A stretch of DNA of 64,000 nucleotides from an uncultured Eubacteriales bacterium (lineage in GTDB: Bacteria; Bacillota; Clostridia; Oscillospirales; Oscillospiraceae). The notes beneath the pieces were generated by a model that saw only the letters and a program-made list of their open reading frames with translations, had not been told where the DNA came from and made no database searches. Of this stretch, positions 1-8,746 are shown in pieces; positions within the stretch are counted from its first letter, which is position 1, and every line of letters begins with the position of its first letter. Made by a program: the position numbers and the translations under genes. The DNA is taken from NCBI GenBank assembly GCA_900549645.1, contig URPD01000004.1, positions 1,421-65,420 on the forward strand. The letters are read 5' to 3'.

Positions 1-1
1 G

Positions 2-586
2 AAGGCCGTTACTTGGTCGAACGACGCCGTCAAGGGCTCCAAGCGCTTCCTTGACCGCTGCTGGAACCTCATGGACATCGCGGCCGACGACGTGAACATC
101 TCCTCCAAGAACGAGTCCATCATCCACAAGACCATCAAGAAGGTCACTGAGGATATAGACAGCCTCAAGATGAATACCGCTATTGCCGCGCTTATGACCA
201 TGGTCAACGAGTTCTACTCCAACGGCCTGACCAAGGGGGATCTTGAGCAGCTTCTGCTCCTGCTCAGCCCCTTTGCGCCGCACATGGTGGAAGAGATGTG
301 GGAGCTGACCGGCTTTGCCGCTAAGACCGGCAAGATGGCCATGCAGATGCCTTGGCCGAAGTACGACGAGGCCAAGACCCATGACGCTACCCGTCAGATG
401 GCCGTACAGGTCAACGGCAAGCTCCGCAGCACCATCACCGTCGCCGCCGACGCGGACGATGAGCACGTCATCGCAACAGCTTGTGCCGACGAGAAGATAA
501 AGCGCCAGATGGAGGGTATGCAGCTTGTAAAGACCATCGTAGTCAAGAACAAGCTTGTCAATCTCATCCTCAAGCCCGCAAAGTAA
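2..586 (+). CDS. leuS: leucyl-tRNA synthetase, C-terminal anticodon-binding part (gene begins left of the window)
   Basis: Frame-2 translation from nt 2 (..VTWSNDAVKGSKRFLDRCWNLMD..) continues into the listed ORF. The MNTAIAALMTMVNEF / LLLLSPFAPHMVEEMW motifs are typical of the LeuS C-terminal domain. Stop TAA at 584-586. Confidence 0.85.
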   Translation, partial: KAVTWSNDAVKGSKRFLDRCWNLMDIAADDVNISSKNESIIHKTIKKVTEDIDSLKMNTAIAALMTMVNEFYSNGLTKGDLEQLLLLLSPFAPHMVEEMWELTGFAAKTGKMAMQMPWPKYDEAKTHDATRQMAVQVNGKLRSTITVAADADDEHVIATACADEKIKRQMEGMQLVKTIVVKNKLVNLILKPAK

Positions 587-589
587 TTA

Positions 590-618
590 TTGACAACGGG
601 ACTGTAAGCAGGTATAAT
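590..618 (+). promoter_or_regulatory. sigma-70-type promoter for rpsU (TTGACA-17-TATAAT)
   Basis: TTGACA at 590-595, 17-nt spacer, TATAAT at 613-618. The ~65-nt leader has two small hairpins (gccaattcattggc; gtgccgcatggcac) before RBS GGAGGGAGGG (672-681). Confidence 0.6.
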
Positions 619-687
619 AGTAACGTTGAAAAGCCAATTCATTGGCCCTTGAGGTGCCGCATGGCACTTTTGGAGGGAGGGAAATAA

Positions 688-873
688 ATGTCTGAAATAT
701 ACGTCAAGGAGAACGAGTCTCTGGACAATGCTCTTAAGAGATTCAAGCGCAGCTGCGCTAAGTCCGGCGTTCTGGCCGACCTGCGCAAGAAGGAGTACTA
801 CCAGAGCCCCAGCGTCAAGCGCCGCAAGAAATCCGAGGCCGCTCGCAAGAACAAGAATAAGCGCTACTATTGA
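688..873 (+). CDS. rpsU: 30S ribosomal protein S21
   Basis: 61 aa. [48 protein letters not shown] is canonical S21. Strong RBS upstream. Confidence 0.92.
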   Translation: MSEIYVKENESLDNALKRFKRSCAKSGVLADLRKKEYYQSPSVKRRKKSEAARKNKNKRYY

Positions 874-880
874 TCAGTAA

Positions 881-911
881 AAAAGCAGCATCTTTTGATG
901 CTGCTTTTTTT
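881..911 (+). terminator. rho-independent terminator after rpsU
   Basis: gcagcatc-tttt-gatgctgc stem-loop followed by a T7 run (905-911). Confidence 0.75.
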
Positions 912-1037
912 ATATGCCCGCGTCGTATTTTCTTGCCAGAATGCGGCGTTGCAGAGCTGCAACTAATTGACTTTTTGCACAAAAGTTGTTAAAATAAATA
1001 CTAAGCAGAACTCTATTTTACATAAGGAAGTGGTTTT

Positions 1038-2318
1038 ATGAATCTGACTCCTGAGCAGCAGGCTCTGCTCAACGGCGAAAAGGGCGAGATGATGGCCAAG
1101 GTTATGAAGACCCTCGTCATGTATGGCGACACTTTTGGCGCGGAGCGCATGGTTCCCGTCACAAGCGAGTATGGCCATACGGTCATTTCATACGGTCTGG
1201 CCGCGCTCAAGCCTGTTTATGACCTGTTTGACCGGCTCATCGACGCGGGGCTGACCAATGGCCAGAAGTTCACCGCGGATCCGCGCCCGCTGGATAAGAA
1301 TGTGCCGACGAGCTTTCTTGAGGACATCGTGTTCAAGAAGATAATGTACACCCAGCAGGATCGCTTTGAGGAACAGCTCCGCAAGCTTGGCATCACGGAT
1401 GAGGACGCCTATTCCTGCACCTGCTACGTTGACCAGATGGGGAACAAGCCCAAGAAGGGCGATGTGCTCAGCTGGGCGGAAAGCTCCGCGGTTGTGTACG
1501 CAAACTCCGTCCTCGGCGCGCGCTGCAACCGTAACTCCGGTATGATCGAGCTGATGGGTTCCATCGCAGGCTTCGTGCCTGAATTCGGTCTGCTGACCGA
1601 CGAGGGGCGCAAGGCCACATGGATAATCGACGTCAAGTGTGAGCATAAGCCCGAAGCGCAGCTGCTCGGCTCCGCGATCGGCATGAAGGTCATGGAGGAA
1701 GTGCCGTATGTCAGAGGGCTTGACAAGTGGCTCGGCACGGAGCTTGACGACGAGGCATGTACATATCTGAAGGACTTCGGCGCGGCGACGGCATCCAACG
1801 GCGCGGTCGGCCTGTTCCATATCGAGAACTTGACTCCCGAAGCGAAGGAGCAGGGCGAGGCGCTTATCAAGGAGGGCGCGCAGGTGTACGTCATTGACGA
1901 CGCCGAGCTTCAGCGCGTGCAGGATAACTACCCGGTCATCTGGAAGGACAAGAACGCGAAACCGGAGCTGTGCTTCGTCGGCTGCCCGCATATGACGCTC
2001 AAGCAGATGGAGGACTGGGCGGACGCGATAGGCGAGAAGCTTAAGGCCAACGGCATGGACAAGATAAGCGTCCCGACTGTGTTCACTGCGTCTCCGGCGG
2101 TCATAAAGGAGCTGAACAAGGGTGTCTACGCGTCGAAGCTCGCAAGCTACGGCGTTATTGTCAGTTATATCTGCCCGCTGATGTATATGAATAACCCACT
2201 GTGCAAGAAGAAAGCCGTCATTACCTCGTCCAACAAGCTGCGCACGTATACAAGCGCGCGGTTTTATAAGGAGAACGAGATACTTGACATCATCACGGCC
2301 AAGGAGGAGAAGAAATGA
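1038..2318 (+). CDS. aconitase X catalytic (large) subunit, AcnX/DUF521 family; probable cis-3-hydroxy-L-proline dehydratase-type enzyme
   Basis: 426 aa with the AcnX catalytic-domain architecture. Translationally coupled (ATGA overlap at 2315-2318) to a DUF126 swivel-domain partner. Confidence 0.7.
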   Translation: MNLTPEQQALLNGEKGEMMAKVMKTLVMYGDTFGAERMVPVTSEYGHTVISYGLAALKPVYDLFDRLIDAGLTNGQKFTADPRPLDKNVPTSFLEDIVFKKIMYTQQDRFEEQLRKLGITDEDAYSCTCYVDQMGNKPKKGDVLSWAESSAVVYANSVLGARCNRNSGMIELMGSIAGFVPEFGLLTDEGRKATWIIDVKCEHKPEAQLLGSAIGMKVMEEVPYVRGLDKWLGTELDDEACTYLKDFGAATASNGAVGLFHIENLTPEAKEQGEALIKEGAQVYVIDDAELQRVQDNYPVIWKDKNAKPELCFVGCPHMTLKQMEDWADAIGEKLKANGMDKISVPTVFTASPAVIKELNKGVYASKLASYGVIVSYICPLMYMNNPLCKKKAVITSSNKLRTYTSARFYKENEILDIITAKEEKK

Positions 2319-2755
2319 AGCAGTTCAAAGGACGGGTCATAGTTCCCGGAACATGTACGGCGGAGGCTCTGGTGAGCCACGGCGGCTTTAATACCTTGGC
2401 GAGCTACCAGATGGCGATGATGTTCGGCGATAAAAAGGTCAAGTGCGGCGACCAGAATAACCCGGATCTGTATAAGCAGTCCATGCTGGGCAAGGCGCTC
2501 TGCCTGCCGCAGACGATAGGCTCCACGACCGGCGGCATGGTGCTGTATACCGTGTGCTCGCGGCACCTGCAGCCCGCGTGTATGCTCTTCAGTATGCCGA
2601 TAGATTCTCTTGCCGCGTCCGGCGCGATACTCGCCGATGTCTGGACTGACGCGAAGATGCCGGTCGTCGACCAACTTGGCGACGAATTCCTCGAATACGT
2701 CAAGACCGGCATGACCGTCACCGTCAAGGACGACGGTATCGTCGAAGTGGAATAA
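2315..2755 (+). CDS. aconitase X swivel (small) subunit, DUF126 family
   Basis: 146 aa. Overlapping start with the upstream AcnX large subunit. The two-gene split arrangement is typical of type II AcnX. Confidence 0.7.
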   Translation: MKQFKGRVIVPGTCTAEALVSHGGFNTLASYQMAMMFGDKKVKCGDQNNPDLYKQSMLGKALCLPQTIGSTTGGMVLYTVCSRHLQPACMLFSMPIDSLAASGAILADVWTDAKMPVVDQLGDEFLEYVKTGMTVTVKDDGIVEVE

Positions 2756-2761
2756 AATGCT

Positions 2762-2797
2762 GCATCCCCCATGACGCAAATGTCATGGGGGATGTTT
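2762..2797. terminator. 13-bp-stem hairpin; probable terminator of the acnX operon (possibly bidirectional)
   Basis: gcatcccccatgac-gcaaat-gtcatgggggatg followed by TTTG on + and a T-rich stretch on -. Confidence 0.5.
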
Positions 2798-2886
2798 GCA
2801 ATCCGCGGACTCGAATCCCCTACGGGGACTAGGCGGCTAGCGACGCCGTCGCCGGGGCGCGGTCGGGTCAAACGATTACCAATACC

Positions 2887-2918
2887 AAAATTGGCAGCAC
2901 CCCAAGGGGTGCTGCCAA
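2887..2918 (-). terminator. terminator downstream of tRNA-Leu
   Basis: ttggcagcacccc-aa-ggggtgctgccaa perfect 13-bp stem flanked by A4 (2887-2890) and T4 (2919-2922), so it is followed by a U-run on both strands. Confidence 0.65.
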
Positions 2919-2921
2919 TTT

Positions 2922-3007
2922 TGGTGCCGATAACCGGACTCGAACCGGTACGTTGTTGCCAACGAGGGATTTTAAGTCCCTTGTGTCTACCATTCCACCA
3001 CATCGGC
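2922..3007 (-). tRNA. tRNA-Leu (anticodon TAA), CCA encoded
   Basis: Reverse complement reads GCCGATGTGGTGGAATGGTAGACACAAGGGACTTAAAATCCC...GGTTCGAGTCCGGTTATCGGCACCA. It has a long variable arm and a CT-TAA-AA anticodon loop. Confidence 0.85.
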
Positions 3008-3125
3008 GCATTGAACATTTTTATATAATTTACCACCATATCGGCAAATAGTCAAGGATTTACTAGGGCGGTGCTTTGGCGTGGCTGCAGACGGCACAAA
3101 TTTTTGGCAACGACATGAACTATAA

Positions 3126-3704
3126 TCATTTTACCTCAAATTCAGCCGCCAGATAATGAGGAGCGCCGTCTGCTGCTCTCATTTCCAAGACCACGCGGTA
3201 AAGACCGGGAGTCAGGCGAGTTCCGTAGTTGGCGTACTTCTGCACAATACTGCCATCCAAGCCGGAGCCTTCCTCTCCGCCGAGCGCAAATTCGATCGTG
3301 GTAGAAGAAAAGTTATCCTGCACGTAGTTCAGCCGGTGCCACTGACCACCAATATTGTATTCAAGGTATTCAAAGGTGTTCGTCGCTTCGCCGTCTTGGA
3401 CGAAGCGATACACATCCTCGGAATCCGCGGTCACTTTCCATCTGATTGTATATCCTGTGAAAGGCGAAAAAGAAGGCTTTTCAATCGTCAGCTCAAAGCC
3501 GTCGACCTGATTGACCGGATATGTTACCGCGATGTCGCTGAAACTGGGATATTCGGCGGTAGCCTTCAATGTAAGCCATACACTGCCGGCGCAGACCAAT
3601 ATAACGGCGATCAAAATGATAAAACTTCGGAACTTCTTCACAAATGTCTCCCTATTGCGAATAATCCTGTACCTGATTTTATCAGAAGCAAGCCATTTGC
3701 GCAA
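3126..3704 (-). CDS. hypothetical membrane-anchored protein (N-terminal signal-anchor, extracytoplasmic beta-rich domain)
   Basis: 192 aa. A single N-terminal TM (FIILIAVILVCAGSVWL) after a basic cytoplasmic stretch. No recognisable catalytic motifs. Confidence 0.55.
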   Translation of the reverse strand: MRKWLASDKIRYRIIRNRETFVKKFRSFIILIAVILVCAGSVWLTLKATAEYPSFSDIAVTYPVNQVDGFELTIEKPSFSPFTGYTIRWKVTADSEDVYRFVQDGEATNTFEYLEYNIGGQWHRLNYVQDNFSSTTIEFALGGEEGSGLDGSIVQKYANYGTRLTPGLYRVVLEMRAADGAPHYLAAEFEVK

Positions 3705-3740
3705 TCAAATTTGAGAAGCAGTGACGCCGCAATTTCAACT

Positions 3741-3986
3741 CTATTTCATATAATGCTCCTCGACGCAGACGGAGGCGATGGTGGACAGCAGGAGGAGCGC
3801 CGGGGGCGTCTCGCTGAGCGTCAGGGCGGCGTAATATGTATCATAGTGAAGCATGTAGTCGCCGTCGCAGGTGACGAAGAGGATTATCGAAACAGCGAGC
3901 AGCGAGCAGCTTATGCGCAGAGAATTTATAAATATGAACCACGCGGCAGGGTGCATACGGAGCATCCTGCTGATTATTTTTTTCAT
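3741..3986 (-). CDS. small hypothetical membrane protein
   Basis: 81 aa from the ATG at 3986, preceded by RBS GAGGTG with a 6-nt spacer. Hydrophobic segments. Lies upstream of and co-oriented with the 3126..3704 gene. Confidence 0.4.
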   Translation of the reverse strand: MKKIISRMLRMHPAAWFIFINSLRISCSLLAVSIILFVTCDGDYMLHYDTYYAALTLSETPPALLLLSTIASVCVEEHYMK

Positions 3987-4150
3987 ATGCAGCACCTCAA
4001 GGCAATCTTACGCGATGGGGACGCGCGTTTCAAGCTGTATATTTTGCCATTGCCGTGCATCTTAAAAATCAACACATTTTGCGGGATTTGCGCACTAGCT
4101 TATTCCGCCGCGCGAGCCTAAAATTTTATTAAACTCAGGAGGCACTGACA

Positions 4151-4793
4151 ATGAAAAGAACCATGCTTCAAAAATTCGGCATTCTCGGCTTGATAAGCCT
4201 GCTGTCGTACACGACGGCGGTCGTGTTCGCCGCTGGCGTACCCCGGCTACAACTGGCTGGCGCAGGCGGTGAGCGATTTTTCGGCGGACAGCGCGCCGTC
4301 GAGAACGCTGTGGAATCAGCTTTCGGCGCTGTACATGCCGTGCGGCATTGTGTGCTGCACTATGTGCGGACTTGAGGTAAGCGCAAATCCAAACCGGGCA
4401 CTGCGCACGGGAGTATACATTTTCTACGTGATGAACTGGCTGTCGGCGGTGGGCTACGCTATGTTCCCGCTGCCGGAGGCCGGGACGCCGGGCGGCTTTC
4501 AGGGGACGATGCACATGGTCGTGACGGCATTTGTGGTGCTGCTGTCGATAGCGTCGCTGATCCTGATAATCCTCGGAGACAGGGGAGCGCGCTCAGGACT
4601 CGGCGTATGGGCTGCCGCAGCGCTCGCAATGATGCTTCTCGGCGCGATAGGCACCGGAATCGTACCGGGAGAATATTTCGGAATACCGGAACGCTTCAGC
4701 GTATTCGCGGCGACAGGGTTCAACGCGGTGCTGGGCATGTACTTGTTCAACGGCAGGCTTGCAGAGGGGAGGACATCCGAAAAACATGATTGA
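4151..4793 (+). pseudogene. DUF998-family integral membrane protein interrupted by a -1 frameshift near nt 4228
   Basis: N-terminus MKRTMLQKFGILGLISLLSYTTAVVFA is in frame 2. The conserved continuation PLAYPGYNWLAQAVSDFSADSAP... is in frame 0 (listed ORF 4269..4793). Joining requires one extra base around gtgttc^gccgctgg. Confidence 0.6.
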
Positions 4794-5175
4794 GATATGC
4801 GATGACCGCGGCAATAAAAAATACGCCGCGCGGCGTGACGAGGTGCGGCGGCGCGAGCGCGAGGACTCCGCGCGCCGTGCGGTATATTCCTACGGTGAAC
4901 TGTCACTGACAGCGGACACCCATGCCGCGTCTGTGTCGGCGGCGAGCGTATACCTGACGAGGACGGAGTATGCAATACTGAAGCTGCTGATGCAGAATCC
5001 GGAGCAGATAATTTCCCGCGAGGTGATGCTGGAGCGCATCAGCGAGGACACGCCGGACTGCACGGAAGGCTCGATGAAAACGCACGTCAGCCATCTGCGC
5101 GGGAAGCTTAGCCGCGTGGGCGGCCGGGACTTTATAGAGACGGTCCGGGGCGCGGGCTTCAGGTTGGTTTCATAA
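4786..5175 (+). CDS. stand-alone OmpR/PhoB-type winged-helix (trans_reg_C) DNA-binding protein without a receiver domain
   Basis: YSYGELSLTADTHAASV...LTRTEYAILKLLMQNPEQIISREVMLERI...THVSHLRGKL...IETVRGAGFRL matches the trans_reg_C domain. Only ~40 aa precede the domain. The ATG at 4786 overlaps the DUF998 stop. Confidence 0.6.
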   Translation: MIEICDDRGNKKYAARRDEVRRREREDSARRAVYSYGELSLTADTHAASVSAASVYLTRTEYAILKLLMQNPEQIISREVMLERISEDTPDCTEGSMKTHVSHLRGKLSRVGGRDFIETVRGAGFRLVS

Positions 5176-5218
5176 GAAAAGGCATACGTGCTTTATCGCA
5201 CGTATGCCTTTATAAATC

Positions 5219-6820
5219 TCATGCGCCGAGCATTCCGATGATATTGTCCATCGAGAAATTCGACTTGTAATACGAAAGTTCGCCCGCGATAAGCTCGTCG
5301 AGGATGCGCATTCCAAGCAGCTCGACAGGCGCCTTGTCATCGGTGAGGATCTTGCCGCCGCCGGTGTACTCGGTGAGGCGCTGTGCCACGGTAGCCATTA
5401 TCTCGGCATAGCGCGCGTTCGTGAGCTTTGCGCGGCTCTCGTCAAAGGTCTGTACCAGCGTGTCGGCATTGGTGCAGAAGACCTCAGTGTTCGTGTTGCC
5501 GGCGACGTCGGCGATATATGTGTGCTTGAAAACGCTCGCCATCGTGTCGCACAGATACTCGTTGAGGGAGCCGTTTTCGCGCGAGGTCATGTTCAGGTTC
5601 ACGACCATGACGCCTTCGGGCTTGAGATGCCGCGACACCTCAGAGAAAAATTCAACGCTGGAGAGCTGAAAGGGAATGGTGATGTCCTGATATGCGTCGA
5701 CCATTATCACGTCGAACAGCTCGTCCGACGCGCTGAGAAAAGCCCGCCCGTCCGCGACGGCGACTTCGACACTGTCTGGAAGGGAGAAATATTCGTGCGC
5801 GATGTCGGCGATTTTGCCGTCAATCTCCGCGCCCTGAACCGAGATGCCCGGAAAATACCGCGTGCAGTAGCTCGCAAAGGTGCCGGAACCCATGCCGAGG
5901 ATCATCACGCTGCGGCCGCTGCTGTCGGAGCCGTCAAGCCCCGCCATGCACGGCGCGGCGAGCGCATAGTCGTAGTACATGCCGGTAAGCTCCGCATCCT
6001 TGGGCTGCACCGACTGGACGCCGAACAGGACGTTCGTTGCGAGAACGGTCTGATGCGCGTCGTCCTTGACCTGAAGATAGTTATATATCGACTCGTCCTC
6101 AAGCGTCAGATCCTTTTCCCAGAACGCGAAGCTGTAACCCGGAACGCCGAAGCCGAGCGCGCAGATGAGTATGACGGCGATGCAGCCGGCGACGGTCTTC
6201 TTGCGCTCAAATATGAAGTACGCAAGGCCGATGGCGGCCAGCACGCCGGAGAAAATCAGGAACGTGGCCGCGGTGCCGACGGCGGGAATGGTGACAAAGG
6301 TCGGGACAAAGGTGCCGATGATGCTGCCGATAGTGTTGAGCGCGTTGAGCCGCCCGACAGTCTTGCCGGTATCGTCCAGATTATCGACCGTGAACTTCGT
6401 CAGCGACGGGGTAACGGTGCCGAGCAGGACGCAGGGGAAGGCGAATATGAGCAGGCAGGCCGCGAACGCCGCCCAGACGAGGAAATTTTTCGTGATGAAC
6501 GTCGCAAGCAGGAACGATATACCGGCGATCATCCAGCGCCCGACAAAGGGAATGAGCGCTATCCAAATCGCGGCGATGATGACGCGGCGGTACAGCCTGT
6601 CGGGCGATTTGCTCTTGTCCGCCATGCTGCCGCCCCACACGTTGCCGACGGCCATGGCGATCATAATAACGCCGATTATGACTGTCCACACGATCTGGGA
6701 CGAGCTGAAATAGGGCGCCATAAGCCTGCTGGCTCCAAGCTCGACCGCCATCACGGACATGCCGGCGAAAAACTCCGTCAGATACAGAAACCATTTGGTA
6801 TTTATCAGCTTGTTGTTCAT
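5219..6820 (-). CDS. fused polytopic membrane domain / spermidine-synthase-like (polyamine aminopropyltransferase family) protein
   Basis: 533 aa. About 230 aa of N-terminal TM helices, then a SpeE-like Rossmann domain (VMILGMGSGTFASY...EIDGKIADIAHEYF...DVIMVDAYQD). Confidence 0.65.
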   Translation of the reverse strand: MNNKLINTKWFLYLTEFFAGMSVMAVELGASRLMAPYFSSSQIVWTVIIGVIMIAMAVGNVWGGSMADKSKSPDRLYRRVIIAAIWIALIPFVGRWMIAGISFLLATFITKNFLVWAAFAACLLIFAFPCVLLGTVTPSLTKFTVDNLDDTGKTVGRLNALNTIGSIIGTFVPTFVTIPAVGTAATFLIFSGVLAAIGLAYFIFERKKTVAGCIAVILICALGFGVPGYSFAFWEKDLTLEDESIYNYLQVKDDAHQTVLATNVLFGVQSVQPKDAELTGMYYDYALAAPCMAGLDGSDSSGRSVMILGMGSGTFASYCTRYFPGISVQGAEIDGKIADIAHEYFSLPDSVEVAVADGRAFLSASDELFDVIMVDAYQDITIPFQLSSVEFFSEVSRHLKPEGVMVVNLNMTSRENGSLNEYLCDTMASVFKHTYIADVAGNTNTEVFCTNADTLVQTFDESRAKLTNARYAEIMATVAQRLTEYTGGGKILTDDKAPVELLGMRILDELIAGELSYYKSNFSMDNIIGMLGA

Positions 6821-7014
6821 TAAGGCCCACCTTGTTGCCTAGTTTCACTATAAAAGTGTAACATCAATCTCATGCATTGTCAATTGACCTGGCGGGCTAT
6901 GTTTATCAAATCTTAATGATAATTAAGGCGTATCTTCAGGTTGCGGAGCCTGTCGTTTGTTGACGGGGTAGTAGAGAATATGTTATACTCTTAACACCGA
7001 GGGAGGCAAGGCCG

Positions 7015-7644
7015 TTGCGATTTTTAAAACGACACAAAGAACTGCTCTGGTTTGGACTGTTTGCCGTTGTGAGCGCCGCATATTTTTCGCTGCAATTTCT
7101 GGGACTGCGGCATCACCTTATTCATACGCCGGTTGACGATGTTATTCCGTTCGTACCGGCGTTTATTATTACGTACGTCCTGTGGTACTTTTACGTTCCC
7201 GGCATGATGCTGTTCATGTGCTTCAAGGACAGGGAAGTGTTCATGCGGCAGGTGGCGACGCTGTTCACAGGAGCGTTCATATGCATTACGGTTTTCGCAC
7301 TGTACCCGACAAGGATCGACTTCCGGCCTGACGCGTCGGGGGACGGGCTGTTGCTCGCCCTGTGCAGGCTGATCTATGCAAACGACCAGCCGTATAACGT
7401 CCTGCCGAGTCTTCACTGCTATGAGGCGACGGCGATACATCTCGCAAGCTTCGGCGGCGCGGCGGGGCGCAGATATACGGGACTGAGGGCGGCGTCCGCG
7501 GTCATCGCGGTGCTTATCTGCCTGTCAACCCTATTCGTGAAGCAGCATTCGGTGCTCGATCTGCTATCCGGCTGCCTGCTGGCGGGGCTTGTGTACGCCG
7601 CCGTTGTGTTTTTAAGAAATAGAAAGATGAGAGGAATAGAATAA
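7015..7644 (+). CDS. PAP2-superfamily (type-2 phosphatidic acid phosphatase-like) membrane protein
   Basis: PAP2 motifs: ...YPTRIDFRP..., PSLH, and S..x5..KQHSVLD (SRx5Hx3D-like). The listed start is TTG, so the true start is uncertain. Confidence 0.6.
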   Translation: MRFLKRHKELLWFGLFAVVSAAYFSLQFLGLRHHLIHTPVDDVIPFVPAFIITYVLWYFYVPGMMLFMCFKDREVFMRQVATLFTGAFICITVFALYPTRIDFRPDASGDGLLLALCRLIYANDQPYNVLPSLHCYEATAIHLASFGGAAGRRYTGLRAASAVIAVLICLSTLFVKQHSVLDLLSGCLLAGLVYAAVVFLRNRKMRGIE

Positions 7645-8445
7645 ATGCCGGTAAAGGGAATGAATCTGCTGCTGATAAAGCCGTTTAATTTTGTGCACAT
7701 CTGCCTGCTGGCAGTTGGAGTGGGTGCGATATATCTGATATGGTACAAACTGCGCGGCAAGTCTGAAAAGACGCGCGAACGCTTCCTTATCGGCCTGTGC
7801 GTCGCAAACATCGCGCTGTATTTTATCTATAAAGTGTTTTTGTCGGTCGACGCGGAGTTCGTGCAGGTGTCCGGACTTGAGAAGTTCAACTGGTTCAATG
7901 AGCTGCCGCTCCAGCTCTGCAACATCAATCTGTTCCTTATCCCGATAGGGATTCTCACGCGACGTCGCGGCATCCTCGGTTTCGCGTTCTTCATCGCGCC
8001 GCTCGGCGCGGCCATGGCGCTCACGTTCCCGGAGATCGCGTTCAACGGCTATTCGCTGCTGCTGCCGCGTATGCTGGGCTTTTACTTCACGCACCTGCTG
8101 CTCATCGTCTGCGGCATCAGCCTGACAACGCTCAGCTTTTACCGGCCGGAGTACAGGGATTTCCCCGGAATCGTCGCCGCGTTCATAGTGCTCTCGCTGG
8201 GGGCGCACCTCGTCAACACCATCCTGCGCAGCACTGTATGTCCGCAGGCGGACTATTTCTTCACCTACGGAGCGGATATCAGCGTTCTGAACCTGCTTTG
8301 GAGCGTCATCCCGATACCGTATGTGTACCTGCTGCCGGCGCTGGCCGTGCTGCTGGCGTATATGGGGGCGATAACCCTCGGCTTCAATACCGTTGACCGT
8401 CTGCGGGCGGATTCCGCCGTCGCCGCGGGTAATCTGCGCGGATAG
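7645..8445 (+). CDS. YwaF/TMEM164-family integral membrane protein
   Basis: 266 aa and polytopic. The start codon immediately abuts the PAP2 stop (TAA-ATG). Confidence 0.55.
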   Translation: MPVKGMNLLLIKPFNFVHICLLAVGVGAIYLIWYKLRGKSEKTRERFLIGLCVANIALYFIYKVFLSVDAEFVQVSGLEKFNWFNELPLQLCNINLFLIPIGILTRRRGILGFAFFIAPLGAAMALTFPEIAFNGYSLLLPRMLGFYFTHLLLIVCGISLTTLSFYRPEYRDFPGIVAAFIVLSLGAHLVNTILRSTVCPQADYFFTYGADISVLNLLWSVIPIPYVYLLPALAVLLAYMGAITLGFNTVDRLRADSAVAAGNLRG

Positions 8446-8493
8446 AAAAACTTGACAAAAATAGAATAATATAATAATCAACAAACAACTGTA

Positions 8494-8537
8494 CACTTTC
8501 GCCCAAAAATCACAGTTTTTGGCGAAAGTGTTTTGCG
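8494..8537 (+). promoter_or_regulatory. perfect 10-bp-stem hairpin plus T-run in the leader of the quinate/shikimate cluster (attenuator/terminator-like)
   Basis: CACTTTCGCC-(17 nt)-GGCGAAAGTG followed by TTTTG. Lies between a TTGACA box at 8452 and the aroE-like start. Further TTGACAA copies occur at 8561 and 8620. Confidence 0.4.
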
Positions 8538-8746
8538 TCACTTAGTTTGTATAGTATTGGTTGACAAGGGCAAACACGGCTTTGATGGGCAGAAATGCGC
8601 CCATATTTCTTCAAAGTCCTTGACAATACGGCAAGCTTCTTCTGACGAGACGGAAAGATAATCAACGGCGTTCAGAAAGGCCGAAACGTTCTGAAAATAC
8701 TGAAAAAATGGAGATTCTCCGCTGGAATATAAAGGAGGAAACAATT

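Noticed and set aside
2800-2886. Possible second tRNA adjacent to tRNA-Leu (contains GGACTCGAATCC, T-arm-like).
   Set aside because: No acceptor stem, D-arm or anticodon arm can be folded around it on either strand. At best it is a degenerate remnant, not an annotatable tRNA.
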